A stretch of 51,238 bases of DNA from Guillardia theta CCMP2712 (Eukaryota; Protista; Cryptophyta): contig NW_005434563.1 in NCBI RefSeq assembly GCF_000315625.1, forward strand, positions 48,085-99,322, given 5' to 3'. The notes under the pieces are model-generated. The model was not told the origin of the DNA, ran no database searches, and saw nothing but the letters and a program-made list of their open reading frames with translations. The first letter of the stretch is position 1, and each line of letters begins with the position of its first letter. The translations under genes and the position numbers were made by a program. This document shows positions 21,730-34,140 of the stretch, in pieces.

Positions 21730-24700
21730 ATGTCGAACACAGGAGCATGTCTTCGCCCCCTGCCTCCGATGCCGGTGGTAGCTGAGAGAGGCGACATCAA
21801 CTCGATGAAGGCAAGAGAACCCTCTACGCCGGCAAGCATGCCCGCCTTACTATGTGGCAGGCGCTGTTGGAGGAGGGGACGCACGTAGACGATAGAGGCA
21901 CGGGGTCCAAGACTGGGTAAGAAGAGTTGTCCTGCTGACATGTTAGAGGGCATAAGGCTATCAGCCTTTCAGTCCGACATCACCATCACACTCTTGCTTC
22001 CTTGCTTGAGCTGGTTGCCTCCCCCAACTCTTTGGTGGTAACACTTCGAGCGCAGCATCATGCTTGCGGCCAAGAACAGCAAAGGCGATGCGGTTGACTT
22101 CCTGATTGGTGCAAAGTGAGGAAAATGGAGAGGAGGAGGAGGGAGAGGAGGAAGGGGAGGAGAGATAGCGAGGGTTGAACTGTTACGATCTGACTTGGTG
22201 TTGCTTCTCCTCCTGCTAAACAGGGCAGATGTGAACGGTGTGGACCCAAACACGCAACAAGATGTTCTTCAGCATGCGTGCCAGGGGAAAGACGCAACGA
22301 TCGTACTGAAGAGGCCGTGTCGCATTCCTACAAGTAACACCTTGGGCAGATTGTAGCACTCATCAATGCGGGTTGTAAGGTCTCGCATGCGGGTAGAAGA
22401 GTGCGAGTGTTTCGAAATCCTCTTGAGTCTTTTTACCGCAGACAAGACGGGAAGGAACTGTCTTGACTTCGCGCAAGAAGCAAAGATGAAGCACGTGGGG
22501 CTGTTTGAGTTGTGTTCACTGATGAGAATCGCACGTTCGATGCTTGTCTATATGAAATCATGATGATGAAATCTATATGAGATCATGATGATGAAATCTA
22601 TATGAGATCATGATGATGAAATCTATGTGAAATCATTGATTTTATGATGATGGTTTCATCTGTACACGTGATGATTAATTCTCCTCCTCCCTCCGCTTTC
22701 TGCTCTTCCCAGTCTCCTCTTTTGTTTTTACTCTCGGTCTCCATCTGCATGCTCTCGGAGGGTTACAACCCTTGCCCCCCCCCTGACGCGCCTCCTATCA
22801 ACTAGGCGATCTTGACCTCCCTCATGTCAAGGATGGACCTAAGACGTTCACCGTCGGAGCAAGAGGACGCGACCATCGCCCTCCATGCCGCCGCCTCCAT
22901 CGGAGATGTGATGAGCACGAGGAGGGAGGAAGGGAGTGAAGGAAGTTACAGATTGAAAGGGCAAAGGAGCTCCTTCATCCCAGGGAGGGGGATAGGACGG
23001 TCAGCGTGACGGTAGACTCGGTTGCCCTTCTTTGTTTGCAGACACCATCAAGGTGCAAATTAGCTGACTGACTAATCAGGTTGATCACCTTGGAAGGACA
23101 TGCCTACATTGGGCTTGTTTCCTCTCCATGAGCAACTCCATCGATTTCCTTATCGGTGATTCAGAGCTCTTCATGTTCCTTCCCGCCCCCCCCCCCCCCC
23201 CCCCGCGCCCCTTGCCATCCATTCTGTGTTTGCTCATCTTGTTTCTTTCCTTTCTCTCCGCTTACAACGTTGGTTCCTCAGGAGAAGGAGCCGATCCGGA
23301 GAAACGAGCAAGCGTCGGTCTGGACGCGATCTGGGGGGCAGGGCTTTGGGACTTCCGCTTAAAGTGAGAGAGCATGCGAGCGATCTGGAGAAACGTGACG
23401 GGTAGGAGCAGGTCCAAGGCAGGGGATGCGAACGTGGCCTCCGATGTCACTCCCCTTGGGCCTTGTCCCGTCGACTTCATCCATCGGCAGCACGTCCTGC
23501 CACTGCTCTCCTGCCCTGCTGGCTGCTGAGACCTGCCTGCAGTCCGGACGAGTCCTAGCAAAGAGCGTCATTGACATGTCGTTGGGGAGGAGACAGGTCC
23601 CTTCACTCCTCCTTCCCCTCCTCCTTCCTCTCTTCCTCCCCCTCCTCCCCTTCCTCCTTCCCCTCATCCTCATCCTCCTTTCATACTTTGAAATTCTCGT
23701 CGCTTGTCAGGAAGACGATTTCGTCGCTGCCTCTTGCAGGTGCCCTTGAGCCTGCTCTCTACCTCACCCGCTTCTGCCTGTGTTTGCTCATGACGCTGCT
23801 TCTGCTCCTTCCTACTCTCCCTTCTCGCTTCCTCTTCGCTTCCTCCTCCTCCTTGTCTCAAACTTCATCGCCGGTGTCTTGTTCACCACTTAGTTCCAGA
23901 GCTCTTGCCGCGGAATCACGAGTTGCAAAGGAAGCTTCTAGACTGGAAGCTGAGGTGTGAAACACCTTCCCTCCTCCTCCTCCTTGCTCTCCTCCTCCTT
24001 GCTCTCCTTCTCCACGCTCTCCTCCTCCACGCTCTGGTTCACTACCTTCTCTTCTTCCTTGCTCGCCTTCACCTTTGTCTTCTCCTCCTTCCTCTCCTCC
24101 ATCTTCTCCTGCACCAGTAATCCTCTACACGGACTCTCAAAAACTGTGCAGGGTCTACAACCTGACAAGGACATCGAAGAAGTAGCCCGCCCAAGGAAGG
24201 AGGATGACGAGCAGGAGGAGAAGCAGGAGGAGGTGACGGTCGAGAAATCTCTGCAAGACCTGAAACTGGGAGGAGGAAAAGACCCCCAGGTCAGTAACGT
24301 CCTCCCAACCCTGCTCTCTTCTCCTCCCCTTTCTCCACCTCTCCTCCCCTCTCCTCCCCTCTCCTCCCCTCTCCTCTCCTCTCCTCTCCTCTCCTCTCCT
24401 CTCCTCTCCTCTCCTCCACTCTCCTCTTCTCTCCTCTCATCCTTCCTCCCATCTTGTCTTGTCTTGTCTTGTTTGTTCCAGTCCCTCGTCTCTCTTCCTC
24501 TCATCCTCCTTTCCTTCACATCGTCTCTTTTTGATCGCTCTTGTAGCATCTGCTAGAAGTGGCTCTAAGGCTTGCATCCATATTCGGTACCATCCTCTTC
24601 ATCTTCCTCCTCCTCCTCCTCCCATCTCAAAATCTCTATCTTATTTTCCTTCAATTCTTTCTGTTCTATTTCCTTCCTCCCTCCCAATCGCCTTTTCAAT

Positions 24701-25627
24701 GCTGAAACGTCTTCCCTTATTACCACCGTCAACCCCCTCCTTCGGTACCGCTCTTGTCCTCCTCCCTCTTGACCCCGCTCAACAGTTCTCAGCGACGAGG
24801 CCAAGGAACTGATCGCTGCAGGAGTGAACATCAAGTCTGCCGAGGTCTGCCTCTGTCTTGCTCTTCTTCTACCTCGGCTCTCCTTGTCCTCTCTACTTTC
24901 CTCCTCCTCTCCACACTTCTTCTCCTCTCTTCCCTCCTCGTATCCTCCTCTCTTCCCCTTTCCAGTGCCTTATTCCTGGCTTGTGCCTGCCTCCTCTCCC
25001 ATCCCCCCAACCCCCGCACCCACCCACCCGCCTCTTCCTCCTCCTCCTTTTCCTTCTTCTCCTCCTCCTCTTCCTCCTCCTCCTCTTCCTTCTCTTCCTT
25101 CTCCTCCTCCTATCCGCCTTCTCTTTTCCTCGGCTAACTCTGTCCCGCCGCCAGCCTCACTCGGGCATGACTTCCCTTCACCTCGCCTGTCACTTCGGAG
25201 CTGCGGAAGTCGCAAAGATGCTGATAGACGCCGGTGACCCCCTGAAACCTGCTCACCTGCTCTCCGTCCTCTACCACTTCCTCCTCCTTCTCGCGTCCCA
25301 CTCCGCTCTCTTTCCCCCTCCCACTTCCTCCTCCTTCTCGCGTCCCACTCCGCTCTCTTTCCCCCTCCTTCTCTTCCTTTTCTTTTCCTGCAAATCCTTC
25401 ATTTACCCAAACTTTTCCGATCTCTTTTCCTACCTTGCCCTCGCTCCTCCTCGTCCGCACACCTTCCCTCCTTTCCACTCCCCATCCTCCTCCCTCTTCA
25501 CTATCGCCCTTTCTATGCTGTAGCTCACGGACTGTCAGGAGGGGAGAAAGACGCCAGGGACGTTTACGGTCGGACGTGCCGAGACGTCTGTCCTGAAGGA
25601 AGCAATTTGATCGCAATGCTCGACTAG
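21730..25627 (+). CDS. Ankyrin repeat protein
   Basis: Spliced ankyrin motifs: VAERGDINSMK|ALLEEGTHVDDRGTGSKTG|IMLAAKNSKGDAVDFLIGAK|ADVN; DKTGRNCLDFA; ALHAAASIGD; DHLGRTCLHWAC; SGMTSLHLACHFGAAEVAKMLIDAG|GEKDARDVYGRTC...MLD*. Stop TAG at 25625-25627. Confidence 0.85.
22548..22637. repeat. Intronic AT-rich 25-bp minisatellite (CTATATGAGATCATGATGATGAAAT) x~3.5
   Basis: Near-identical head-to-tail copies with no spacers. Confidence 0.9.
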
Positions 25628-25859
25628 CCTGACCTTCACAAGACGCTACAAGACGCTCATGTGATGCAAAGGGATAGAAGACAGGAGACGAAATGGAGGA
25701 GGAGGAGGAGGAGGAGAAGGAGGAGAAGGAGGAGGAGAGATATAGTGGAGTCCGCAGACGAGGACGTAGGGAGAAAAGTAGAGGCGAAAACGTGGGGGCA
25801 GGATACATTACAACGATACTAATCGTTATATGACCTAGAGTACATTGGGACAGACGCTA

Positions 25860-26393
25860 TCAGCAGACGCATCCGTCAGTCCTTACAACGTGACCAGCCC
25901 GTTGGGCGTCACTGAACATCCTGAGCAGCTCGAGCTCGTCGGTGAAGATGGAGGGGATCGACCCTGCGCACGACCTCCCGCTCCTCGTCCTTGTCGCGGG
26001 ACACTGATGCTCGGCTGACGTGGTGGAGGCGCGTCGGTGGCCGCCGATATGTAGCTGCTCCCTCCTATGCGTGAAGGACGTGGAATTCCTGACAGGTTGG
26101 CCCTCATGGTGGTCGCCGAGGAAACACTTCCTGTTGGCTGCAGCATCTGTCTCCTCGTTGCACGACGACGTCCGAGAGTCATACGAGTTCAGGATCTGGA
26201 GCACATGCAACAGGCGGTGGTCTGCTGAGGCGCATCGCCATATCTCCGCTGTATCGAGCACGCAGGGTGCCCTCTTGTCGCAGGTTGCTGCTCTGCCGCA
26301 TTGTCGAGCGGTACTTGCGAAGAACTCATCGAACATCTGCTGCGAGACCGGCTGGATGAGAGATGGCTTGGGAGACTGTGAGCGATTGGTCAT
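25860..26393 (-). CDS. Hypothetical single-exon protein (177 aa)
   Basis: ATG-initiated, non-repetitive ORF between purine/pyrimidine tracts. No recognisable domain. Confidence 0.45.
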   Translation of the reverse strand: MTNRSQSPKPSLIQPVSQQMFDEFFASTARQCGRAATCDKRAPCVLDTAEIWRCASADHRLLHVLQILNSYDSRTSSCNEETDAAANRKCFLGDHHEGQPVRNSTSFTHRREQLHIGGHRRASTTSAEHQCPATRTRSGRSCAGSIPSIFTDELELLRMFSDAQRAGHVVRTDGCVC

Positions 26394-27539
26394 GGGTCCA
26401 AGGATATCGAAGGGCGTGATGGGGAAGTGAAGGATAGATGGGGAAGAGAACGAGTGGCAGTAGCGGGAGAGAGGGAGGCAGGAAAAGGGGCTGTGCGATA
26501 GAGCACCACTGGAGGTCGGGGCCCAGGAGATACGGATGGATTGTAGGAGGAGGAGGAGGAGGAATGTGGATGGATCACGAGAAGGATGAGAATGATCACG
26601 AGAAGGAGGGGGAGAAGATTAAGAAGAAGAAACGACAAGCAACGGTGGAGCAAATAGAAGGCGGGCGGAGCGGAAAGAGGCGGAGGAGCGGTTTAAAGGG
26701 TTTAGGGAGGTGTGGGGACCCAAGGTAGGAGGAAACGAAGGAGGCAAGCATTACAGAACACCGGTGCAAAGAAGTCTGAAAAAGTAGGTAGGGTAGTATA
26801 CCCTACCCCCTGATTGTGAGGGGTAAATTACTCCTTGGATGATATTTAGAAACAGGGGATATGTACCGGTACTTGTTAGGGGCGAAGTTGCGGTGGAGAA
26901 GAAGGTGGTGTGCTTGCTGACACAAACGCTGACAACTGCTTCCGTGAAAAGATGTTTTTTGATGATGTACGTTGGAGGATAGCTTCTTTACGCCATGTAT
27001 GAACGGATACAAGGGTACCAATTATCGAAACATATCCTTTTCGAAAATGCCAGTCAAATGAACTCTGCTCCTACTCCCCTCCTGCTCACATCAAGGACCC
27101 ACCCCCGGATCGTGGCGATAAATCCTTCCAAATCTGTTGTAAAAATAGATTATTTCTGTCTCCACTCCGCCTCTGCTACAGAACTAACAAGTTTAAAAAG
27201 ACAGAAATTGTAACTAGTCAAGAAACAGTCCTTTACAGCACTGTCTTGATGGTAGTCATGCATGGGACAGGTGCAGTAAATACTAATAAAAAGGCCGTTT
27301 ATGTTCGAGCCCCCAAGCGAGCTCTCCATATTCCCTCCTCATACCCTTAGCCTCTTCACTTATACTTCGACTTAAGATTTCTCTGTGCTCTGCTTCCTTT
27401 TCCACACCCACGATTCCTCGAAATCCACCCCATCAAAGGACCTCTTGCTCTTGCCTGTCACCTTGACCATTTCCCATTAGTGTCTCTATTGTAAGATATC
27501 TCACCTTGACCCCTACCTACCTGAGCCCTTCTTACCACA

Positions 27540-28090
27540 GTCAGTGCGCCGCGGCATGCGGCACCGAGTCTGCGAGTCTCACTGATATGACTGGCCTAGT
27601 ACGGCCGAGGGCCGCCGTTCAAGTGACGCCCCGGGCCGGTGACCGTACGGTACGGTCCGCCCAGCCGCGCTCCCGAGCCTCGGCCCTGAGGAGTCCGACT
27701 CAGCGGCCCGGGGAGGCCGCGTGACTCAGTACGCCGCCGCCGTCACGCCCGGGACCGTACTGTGGGACTCGCCGGGACTCCGGATTCCCGTAGCCCCGGA
27801 CCTTCCGAAGCCTTCGCCGCCAGGCCGGCAGCCCGACTCGGGGTCGCAGGCTGAGGGACTGGACCGTACCGTCCCGGCGGTAGTACAATTGGTCATCTCA
27901 GGCTCATCCTGAAGTTTCAATGATCACCATGGCTGGCACCGCCTGCGGCAGTGCGACAGTATTCGGGAACAACTTGGCAAGCCTCGCCGAAGTTTATGGC
28001 AATGATTTCACTTCACGTTCAAGGCTGAGTAAAGTCAAAGATCGGGCCTGCCATGCCCGGGCCGGGCCTGGCCGAAGTTGCCAGGCAGTG
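27540..28090. repeat. GC-rich, short-palindrome-rich intergenic island
   Basis: Dense CCGG/GGCC/GTAC/GACTC words, e.g. GACCGTAC-G-GTACGGTC at 27641-27657. Same vocabulary as 39640-40700. Confidence 0.6.
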
Positions 28091-28107
28091 AGAATGGTCC
28101 TGAAAGT

Positions 28108-29906
28108 TCAGATCTCACTGTGAGCAATCGACCGGGATCCGTCCTCCTCCTCCTCCTCCTCCTCCTCCTCCGAATCTGGTCCGCTCCTCAAGAAATGCAC
28201 ATCAACCTCCCCCAGGCTCACCGTCCTCCCGATCCCTCCCTTGTGTGGCCGCACAGAGTTGCTAGTAACCTCTTGCCCCCCGCTGCGACCTGGCTCGGCC
28301 TTGCTGCTGGGGTCTGCAACTCGGCTCACGCAGCTGAACCTGGTCTTGTACGATTGGATCTTGTCTAGAAGCTCAGCATGCTGCTGGGCCCTGCTTGCCA
28401 TCGCCGTGTCGTCGCCGTTCGTGCTGTGAACGTGAGTGTTGAAGCGCCTGATGCGGGGCTTGTTGAGCTTGCTGGGGCCCTCGTGGAGCAAGAGCTCGGA
28501 GCTCGATCTCCCTCCCCTCTTGAATCGCTCCATCTTTTGCTGGGAGGTGGAAACAATGAGGTCTTCGTTCTGGAGGAAAGTTTGGAAGGGGATGAGCTTG
28601 GTGGAGGAGATGGCGATAGGTAGAGAAGCGGAGTCGTTTGCCATCCCTTCCCTCGTCTGATTCCCGTTGGCCAGGTCCCCCTTCACCTCCTCCCTCCTTG
28701 CTGGCTCCTTCTTCTCCTCTTCCGACCTCTCCTCCTCCCTTGATCCGCCGACATCCTGGAGCTTCTGCTGCCTGTTGACAACCTGGTGTGGTCGGGGAGG
28801 GACGGGGGAGGAGGGAAGCGAGGAGGATGGCAGCACCATGGTCATGATCACGTCAAGCTTCTGGTTCAAGATGTCCATGGCTGCGAGCTTGTGGGTGAGG
28901 GAGCGAGACTGATGCTCGACCCGCCGCTCCAGCGTGTCCATACGCGCCATGAGCTGCTTGCCCAAGTCCTGGATCCCCATCTTGTCGCTCCAGTCACTCC
29001 TCTGGGCAGGAGAGTTCCCTCCTCTCTCGATGCTTTCCCCTTCCTCTCCGTCCCCATCTTCGTCCCCGTCCTCGAAGCTCCCACGGTTCTTGACCATGTC
29101 CCTCCACTCCTTGAAAGCAACGTAGGAAGAGGAGCGGAAAAGTTTGCGGAGGATCAATTTCCTGCTCTCCATCTTCTTGTTGCCGACCTTGTTCTCAATG
29201 GAGACCTTGAAGTGGTCGATCGCCGACAAGCTCATCTTGATGGCAAACAGGATTTCCCGCGAGGTGTCGTCCTCCACTGTGTCGATCGAGCTGACCATCT
29301 GTGAGCATCGGGCACGTCAGCTGTAAGGAGGAGCGGACAGACTGTTGGGCAGGGAGCAGCGGAGGTGAAGGAGGTAACACTGGGAGAGGAGAGGAGCCAA
29401 AGAATTGGTCGATGAGTATGGAGGGCAGCAGGCAGGATGGGATAGAGAGTTAGTGAGCGAGGGGGCAGCGGCAGAGGACATGGAGGGAGGACAGAGGGAG
29501 ATGGCCCGGAGGAGAGGTAGGGCAGGGAGGGCTAATGAGGGCCGAAGGAGGGGCAGTGGGTGGGAAGCAGGGAGGAGGAAGGAAAGGAAAGAGGGAGTTG
29601 AGACGCAGGGAGGAGCAAGGACGGAGAGGACACGGGAAGGCCGTCCGGTTCCCACCTTCCTCCTCACGTAGCTGTCCAGCTGCATAAGGATCATCCTCTC
29701 GAAGTTGGACGGGGTCAGCTCGCCGTCCTCGTCCAGCAGGGTCCTCCCCATCGTGAGCATGTCAAAGTCCTCCTGGGTCAGCCGGACGGGGTGCGACAGG
29801 TTCACCTTCCTCAACCCCTCGTTGATCTCCTGCAGGTTCAGAGACCCGTTCTCATCCAGGTCCAGCCTCTGCCAGGGCCGTCAATGCCTGCCCCCATCCT
29901 TTCCCC

Positions 29907-29961
<55 letters not shown>

Positions 29962-32125
29962 TTCACTTCCTCTTCCCCGTCCTCTTGTGCTGCGGATGCA
30001 TGCTTCCACCCTCTTTCCCCCTGACTCCGCGCGTTGCTCCATCCTCCCTCGAAATCCCTTTTGCTCCCCTTCCTTCTCTCTCCCGCCGACTAGAACTCCA
30101 CCTCCCTTTCCCTGTCACCAACCTGCATCTTTCCTGCCACTGATCCTATACACCCCGGCTGCTCCTCCTCCCTCTCCTCCTCGTCCACCCCCCCTTGGGC
30201 TCACCTGGTAGAGCTGGTAGATCCTGTTGGAAAGCTCCTGGATGGTAGCGAACTCAACGAGGCCTGCCAGGAGGGGATCGAGAGGAAGCTGATTGAAGTG
30301 CTTCGAGTTCTGCTTTGCCTGCCGGTGCGTTAGAGGAGACGGAGTAGGGGAAGGGGGAGATATGGAAGGAAGATGGAAACATGGAAAAGACCGATACGCT
30401 GGCTGAGCCCTAGGGGTACAAGGGAGGATGAGGGAAAAAGGATGAGCAGGAGGTAGAAGGCAGGAAGGAAAGGAGGAGGGAGGGATTGCAGAGTTGGGAA
30501 TTGCGAAGAGGAAGCAACTGACAAGTTCAGCCTTGAACTTTGCTCTCCTCTCTTCCTTCTCCCGCTCAACCATGGTGATGAACTCGTCGAGCAGAACAGC
30601 GACAACGATGTTCATGAGCACCTGCAAAGATGTGAGCGAGAAGAAGACAATGAGAGAAAAGAATGCAGAGACACGAGAGAAGCAAGTGGTGTTGGAGGGG
30701 ACGGGAAAGGAAAGGAGTGTTATGATGAGAAGGAAAGAGAAGGACGGGGGAGCAGCAACAACAGAATGTTTTTGACAATGAGAACCGGAAGGCAAGAGAT
30801 GCAGCGCTAGAGAGAAAAGACAAGGAAGGGCATAACAGACAGGAGAGAGGAGGAGAGAAGAAAGGGAAAGAGAGAGGAGAGGGGGAAAGGGAGTGGGGAA
30901 GAGAGGAGGTGTATTGAGCTCAAGAGCGCATACCATGCCAACCAGCAACATGTACGAGACGAAGAAAAATCCAACCTGAGACGATACAACAATCAGGCAG
31001 TGTGCCGATACAAGATGATACGCTTGCTCCTCCTCCTCCTTTTCCTCCTTCTCCCTTCCCTGCCCCCTCCTTACTTGATTCTCTCCTCACCCCCCTTCCT
31101 CCTCGTACTCTACCTTCCCTCTTCCTCCTCGTACTCTTCCTTCTCTCTTCCTCCTCCTCCTCCTCCTCCTCCTTACCCCAAAGTTGAATATCTGAGACTC
31201 GTGCTCGTAATCCAGCACTGAGCGCGCTATGATCGAACCCCAGGCATCGCCCGTGGAGATCTGATACATCTAAGGCAGACAGTTAGAGCCAAACAAGAGG
31301 AGAAGAAGAGAAAGAATGAATGAAGGAGTGAGATGTGACAGAATGGAAGACGACGGGAAAAAGAAGAAATGGAAAAAACATGGAAGACAAGGAAGAAGAT
31401 GGGAAGGAAAATGCAAGAAAGATGGGGGACGGGGGAGGGAGGAGGAAGAGGAAGGAAACAGAAAGGAAGGAAGAAGAAGGGACGGGAAGGAAAATAAGGA
31501 AAGGGGATAAAAGAGGGAAGGCAAGAGAAGAAAATAAGAAGATCACCGTGAACATTGACTTGAGGAAGCCACCGAAGAAGTCAGGTTGTCGTTCGCTGAA
31601 GAGGTTGGTTGCAATGATGGCGTAGATGGATGTGACGAGCGATAGAATGGTGAGAGCGTTGACGACGGGAATGACTTGAATCACTTAGTTAGCCGAGAGG
31701 ACGGGGAAAGGATAGAGAAGGAGGGGGAGCGGGTGAGATGGGATGGAAGAGGAATGGAGCTGAAGGAGGATGCAGGTAGAAGAGATTAGGAGCTTCTATG
31801 AAGCAGGCAGGAAGGATTGAGGTAGACAATGAAACTCAAGGCTGAAAGTACAACATGAGTACAGATGGAAGGGAAGGAAGGGATGCAAGACAGGAGGGGG
31901 AGCACGGGGAGAGCATCGTGAGAAGACAAACCTGAGGCTGCTAGGGCGTTGATAAGGATTCTCAAGGATGCAAGTTTCCTGAGAACGTCACCATCATCAT
32001 CCAGCAGCTCGCATCTCCATCACTTCCTTGCATGCACCATGATCTACATCTCCGCCTCCGAAGTTCATCATCATCTTCGTCATCATCGTTGTCATGATTA
32101 TCATCACCAGCATCACCAGCACAAG

Positions 32126-32169
<44 letters not shown>

Positions 32170-33666
32170 GCATCATCATCATCATCATCGTCGTCGTCGT
32201 CGTCGTCGTCGTCATAACTGCCACCACCAGCATACCGGAATAGCCTGAGCATCTTGAAAACCCTCGCCAACCTCAGCACGCTGATGCCAGTCAACCCATC
32301 GACAAACTGGGAGATGAGGGATAGAACGACCACAACGATATCTGCAGCGCGAGCATGTCAGGCATCTTGGAACCTCTACATGTCACTAGAGTTTGCCTGC
32401 AAGGTTCCATCCATCGAGGAAGAAGGCAACGGAGAAGTGACCAAAGATATTCAGCACCAGATCCTGTTCAGAACCTCTCAGCCCGCGGGCAAACATTCAC
32501 TCTCAGGCAAGCAATGACACTGTAGAGATTGTTTGTGATCTTCCTATGTGGTATGCTTGTCTTCTTATCTTGCAGACAGTACTTCTCTTCGCTTCACTCT
32601 CTGAGCTGACCGTGCTTCGCTCTCCATTCGCCCATTCTCCCTCTCTTTTCCCCTCTCAACATCCTAGCCTGCTCTCGGGTGCTTTCCTTGCCTAATCCAT
32701 CACATCAATATCTTGCTCATCTCCAACTCAATCTGCACCTACGTCTCCATCATCGTCACCACTACCACTACCACTACCACTACCACTACCACTACCACTA
32801 CCACTACCACCATCATCATCTTCATCTTCTTCTTCTTCATCATGTACATCATCTTCGTCATCATACCACTGTGAAGCTGATGTTGAAGAACCATTCCATG
32901 GTGCTGAAGGCTTTGCTCTGGGTTGAATTCGCTTCCGGCAGCACCTGCGCATTCACCAGCGCATTGACGTAGGAGGCGACTATCAGCAGCCCTACAATTC
33001 CCTGACAGATGTTCCCATCGTAGAAATCCCTGACAATCCTTCTCCACTTGGTCAAAGCTGTCGTCTCTGACTTAGCCAACATGTCCGCCTTGCACTGCTC
33101 GATCATCGTCTCCAGGGTATGCACCACATCATCGTAGACAGCCTTGTTCTGCGTTGCCAGCACCGTCGGCCTACCTGAGTTGTGCCCGTCCTCTATGGTG
33201 AAGATGGTGAGGATATGTAGTTCCTCGTCGTCGTCGTCCAGCGCCGGGACGGCCTTGAGCTTCTGCTCCGTCCGCGGCTTGCTGACAACGTTCTTTGACT
33301 TGTACGATTTGGCAGAGAAAACAAGCTTCGTGTTGGGCTCAGCCATGCGGACCTCGCTCGTTCGGTGCACTTGCTCCACCTCGAGCAGCGGGATGTAGTC
33401 CAACATCTCCGTGCTATGCATCTTCCCGAAGCAGATCCTCTCCTCCGTCACGATAACCCGCCGCTTCTGCCATGTGACTCCAATGTCGCTGCATGCGCCG
33501 TCAGCGGAGCCTACCTCCCTCCCCTCCTTCCACACCTCAGTGCCTGCCGTTCGAGCTCGAAGCTTCGGACGAAATCAGCCTCATCTGGCAGTGTCGGCAT
33601 GATGTCTGGTGTTTCCTCAGCCACCCTGGCCTTCGCATGCTTGATGCCGACAATGGCCGAGGCCAT
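28108..33666 (-). CDS. Single-domain 6-TM voltage-gated cation channel (EukCat/BacNav/CatSper-type) with N-terminal PH domain, C-terminal EF-hands and coiled coil
   Basis: PH: FELERQALS|DIGVTWQKRRVIVTEERICFG...LDYIPL...LTIFT...GRPTVLAT. S1-S3: QGIVGLLIVASYVNALV, EWFFNISFTV|DLVLNIFG..FFLDGWNLA|DIVVV. S4: VLRLARVFKMLRLFR|KLASLRILINAL. S5: IYAIIATNLF. Pore: KSMFT|MYQISTGDAWGS. S6: FFFVSYMLLVGM|VLMNIVVAVLLDEF. EF loop: DLDENGSLNLQE. Confidence 0.92.
32060..32215. repeat. Intronic (CAT)n/(CGT)n microsatellite
   Basis: Directly visible, in the intron immediately after the S4 exon. Confidence 0.95.
32757..32810. repeat. Intronic (CCACTA)n microsatellite
   Basis: Directly visible. Confidence 0.9.
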
Positions 33667-33851
33667 CGATCCTGGCCAGGCGCGTCAAATCGAAAGCGAT
33701 TACTGCAGCACATTAGCAATGAAACACTCTCACTCATGTGAGCCATTCTCCATTGCCAAGTCCGCTCATACATCTTGAGTTTACACCACTTTCGTCTAAA
33801 CCACTTCCGTGCCTTTATCTCACTGATCATCTTCCTTCTTCCTTTTCCATT

Positions 33852-34140
33852 CTCCCTGCTCCCTGCTCCCTGCTCCCTGCTCCCTGCTCCCTGCTCCCTG
33901 CTCCCCCCTTCTCCCTGCTCCCTGCTCCCTGCTCCCTTCTCCCTGCTCCCTTCTCCTTGCTCAATGCTCCCTTCTCCTTGCTCCCTGCTCCCTGCTCCCT
34001 GCTCCCTGCTCCCTTGCTCCCTGCTCCCTTCTCCTTGCTGCCTGCTGCCTGCTCCCTTCTCCCTGCTCCCTGCTCCCTGCTCCCTGCTCCCTGCTCCCTG
34101 CTCCCTGCTCCCTGCTCCCTGCTCCCTGCTCCCTGCTCCT
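33852..34140. repeat. Imperfect (CTCCCTG)n array upstream of the channel gene (possibly in a 5' intron)
   Basis: Directly visible heptamer array. Confidence 0.9.

Noticed and set aside
22548-22637. 25-bp repeat array resembling a CRISPR
   Set aside because: Copies are directly adjacent with no unique spacers, the array is intronic in eukaryotic DNA, and no cas genes are present.
32757-32810. (CCACTA)n as an interstitial telomere
   Set aside because: The unit does not match TTAGGG/TTTAGGG and sits among other intronic SSRs.
28108-33666. Fragment of a four-domain Cav/Nav or a two-pore channel
   Set aside because: Only one S1-S6 repeat is present, bounded by a plausible start plus PH domain and by an EF-hand/coiled-coil tail with a stop.
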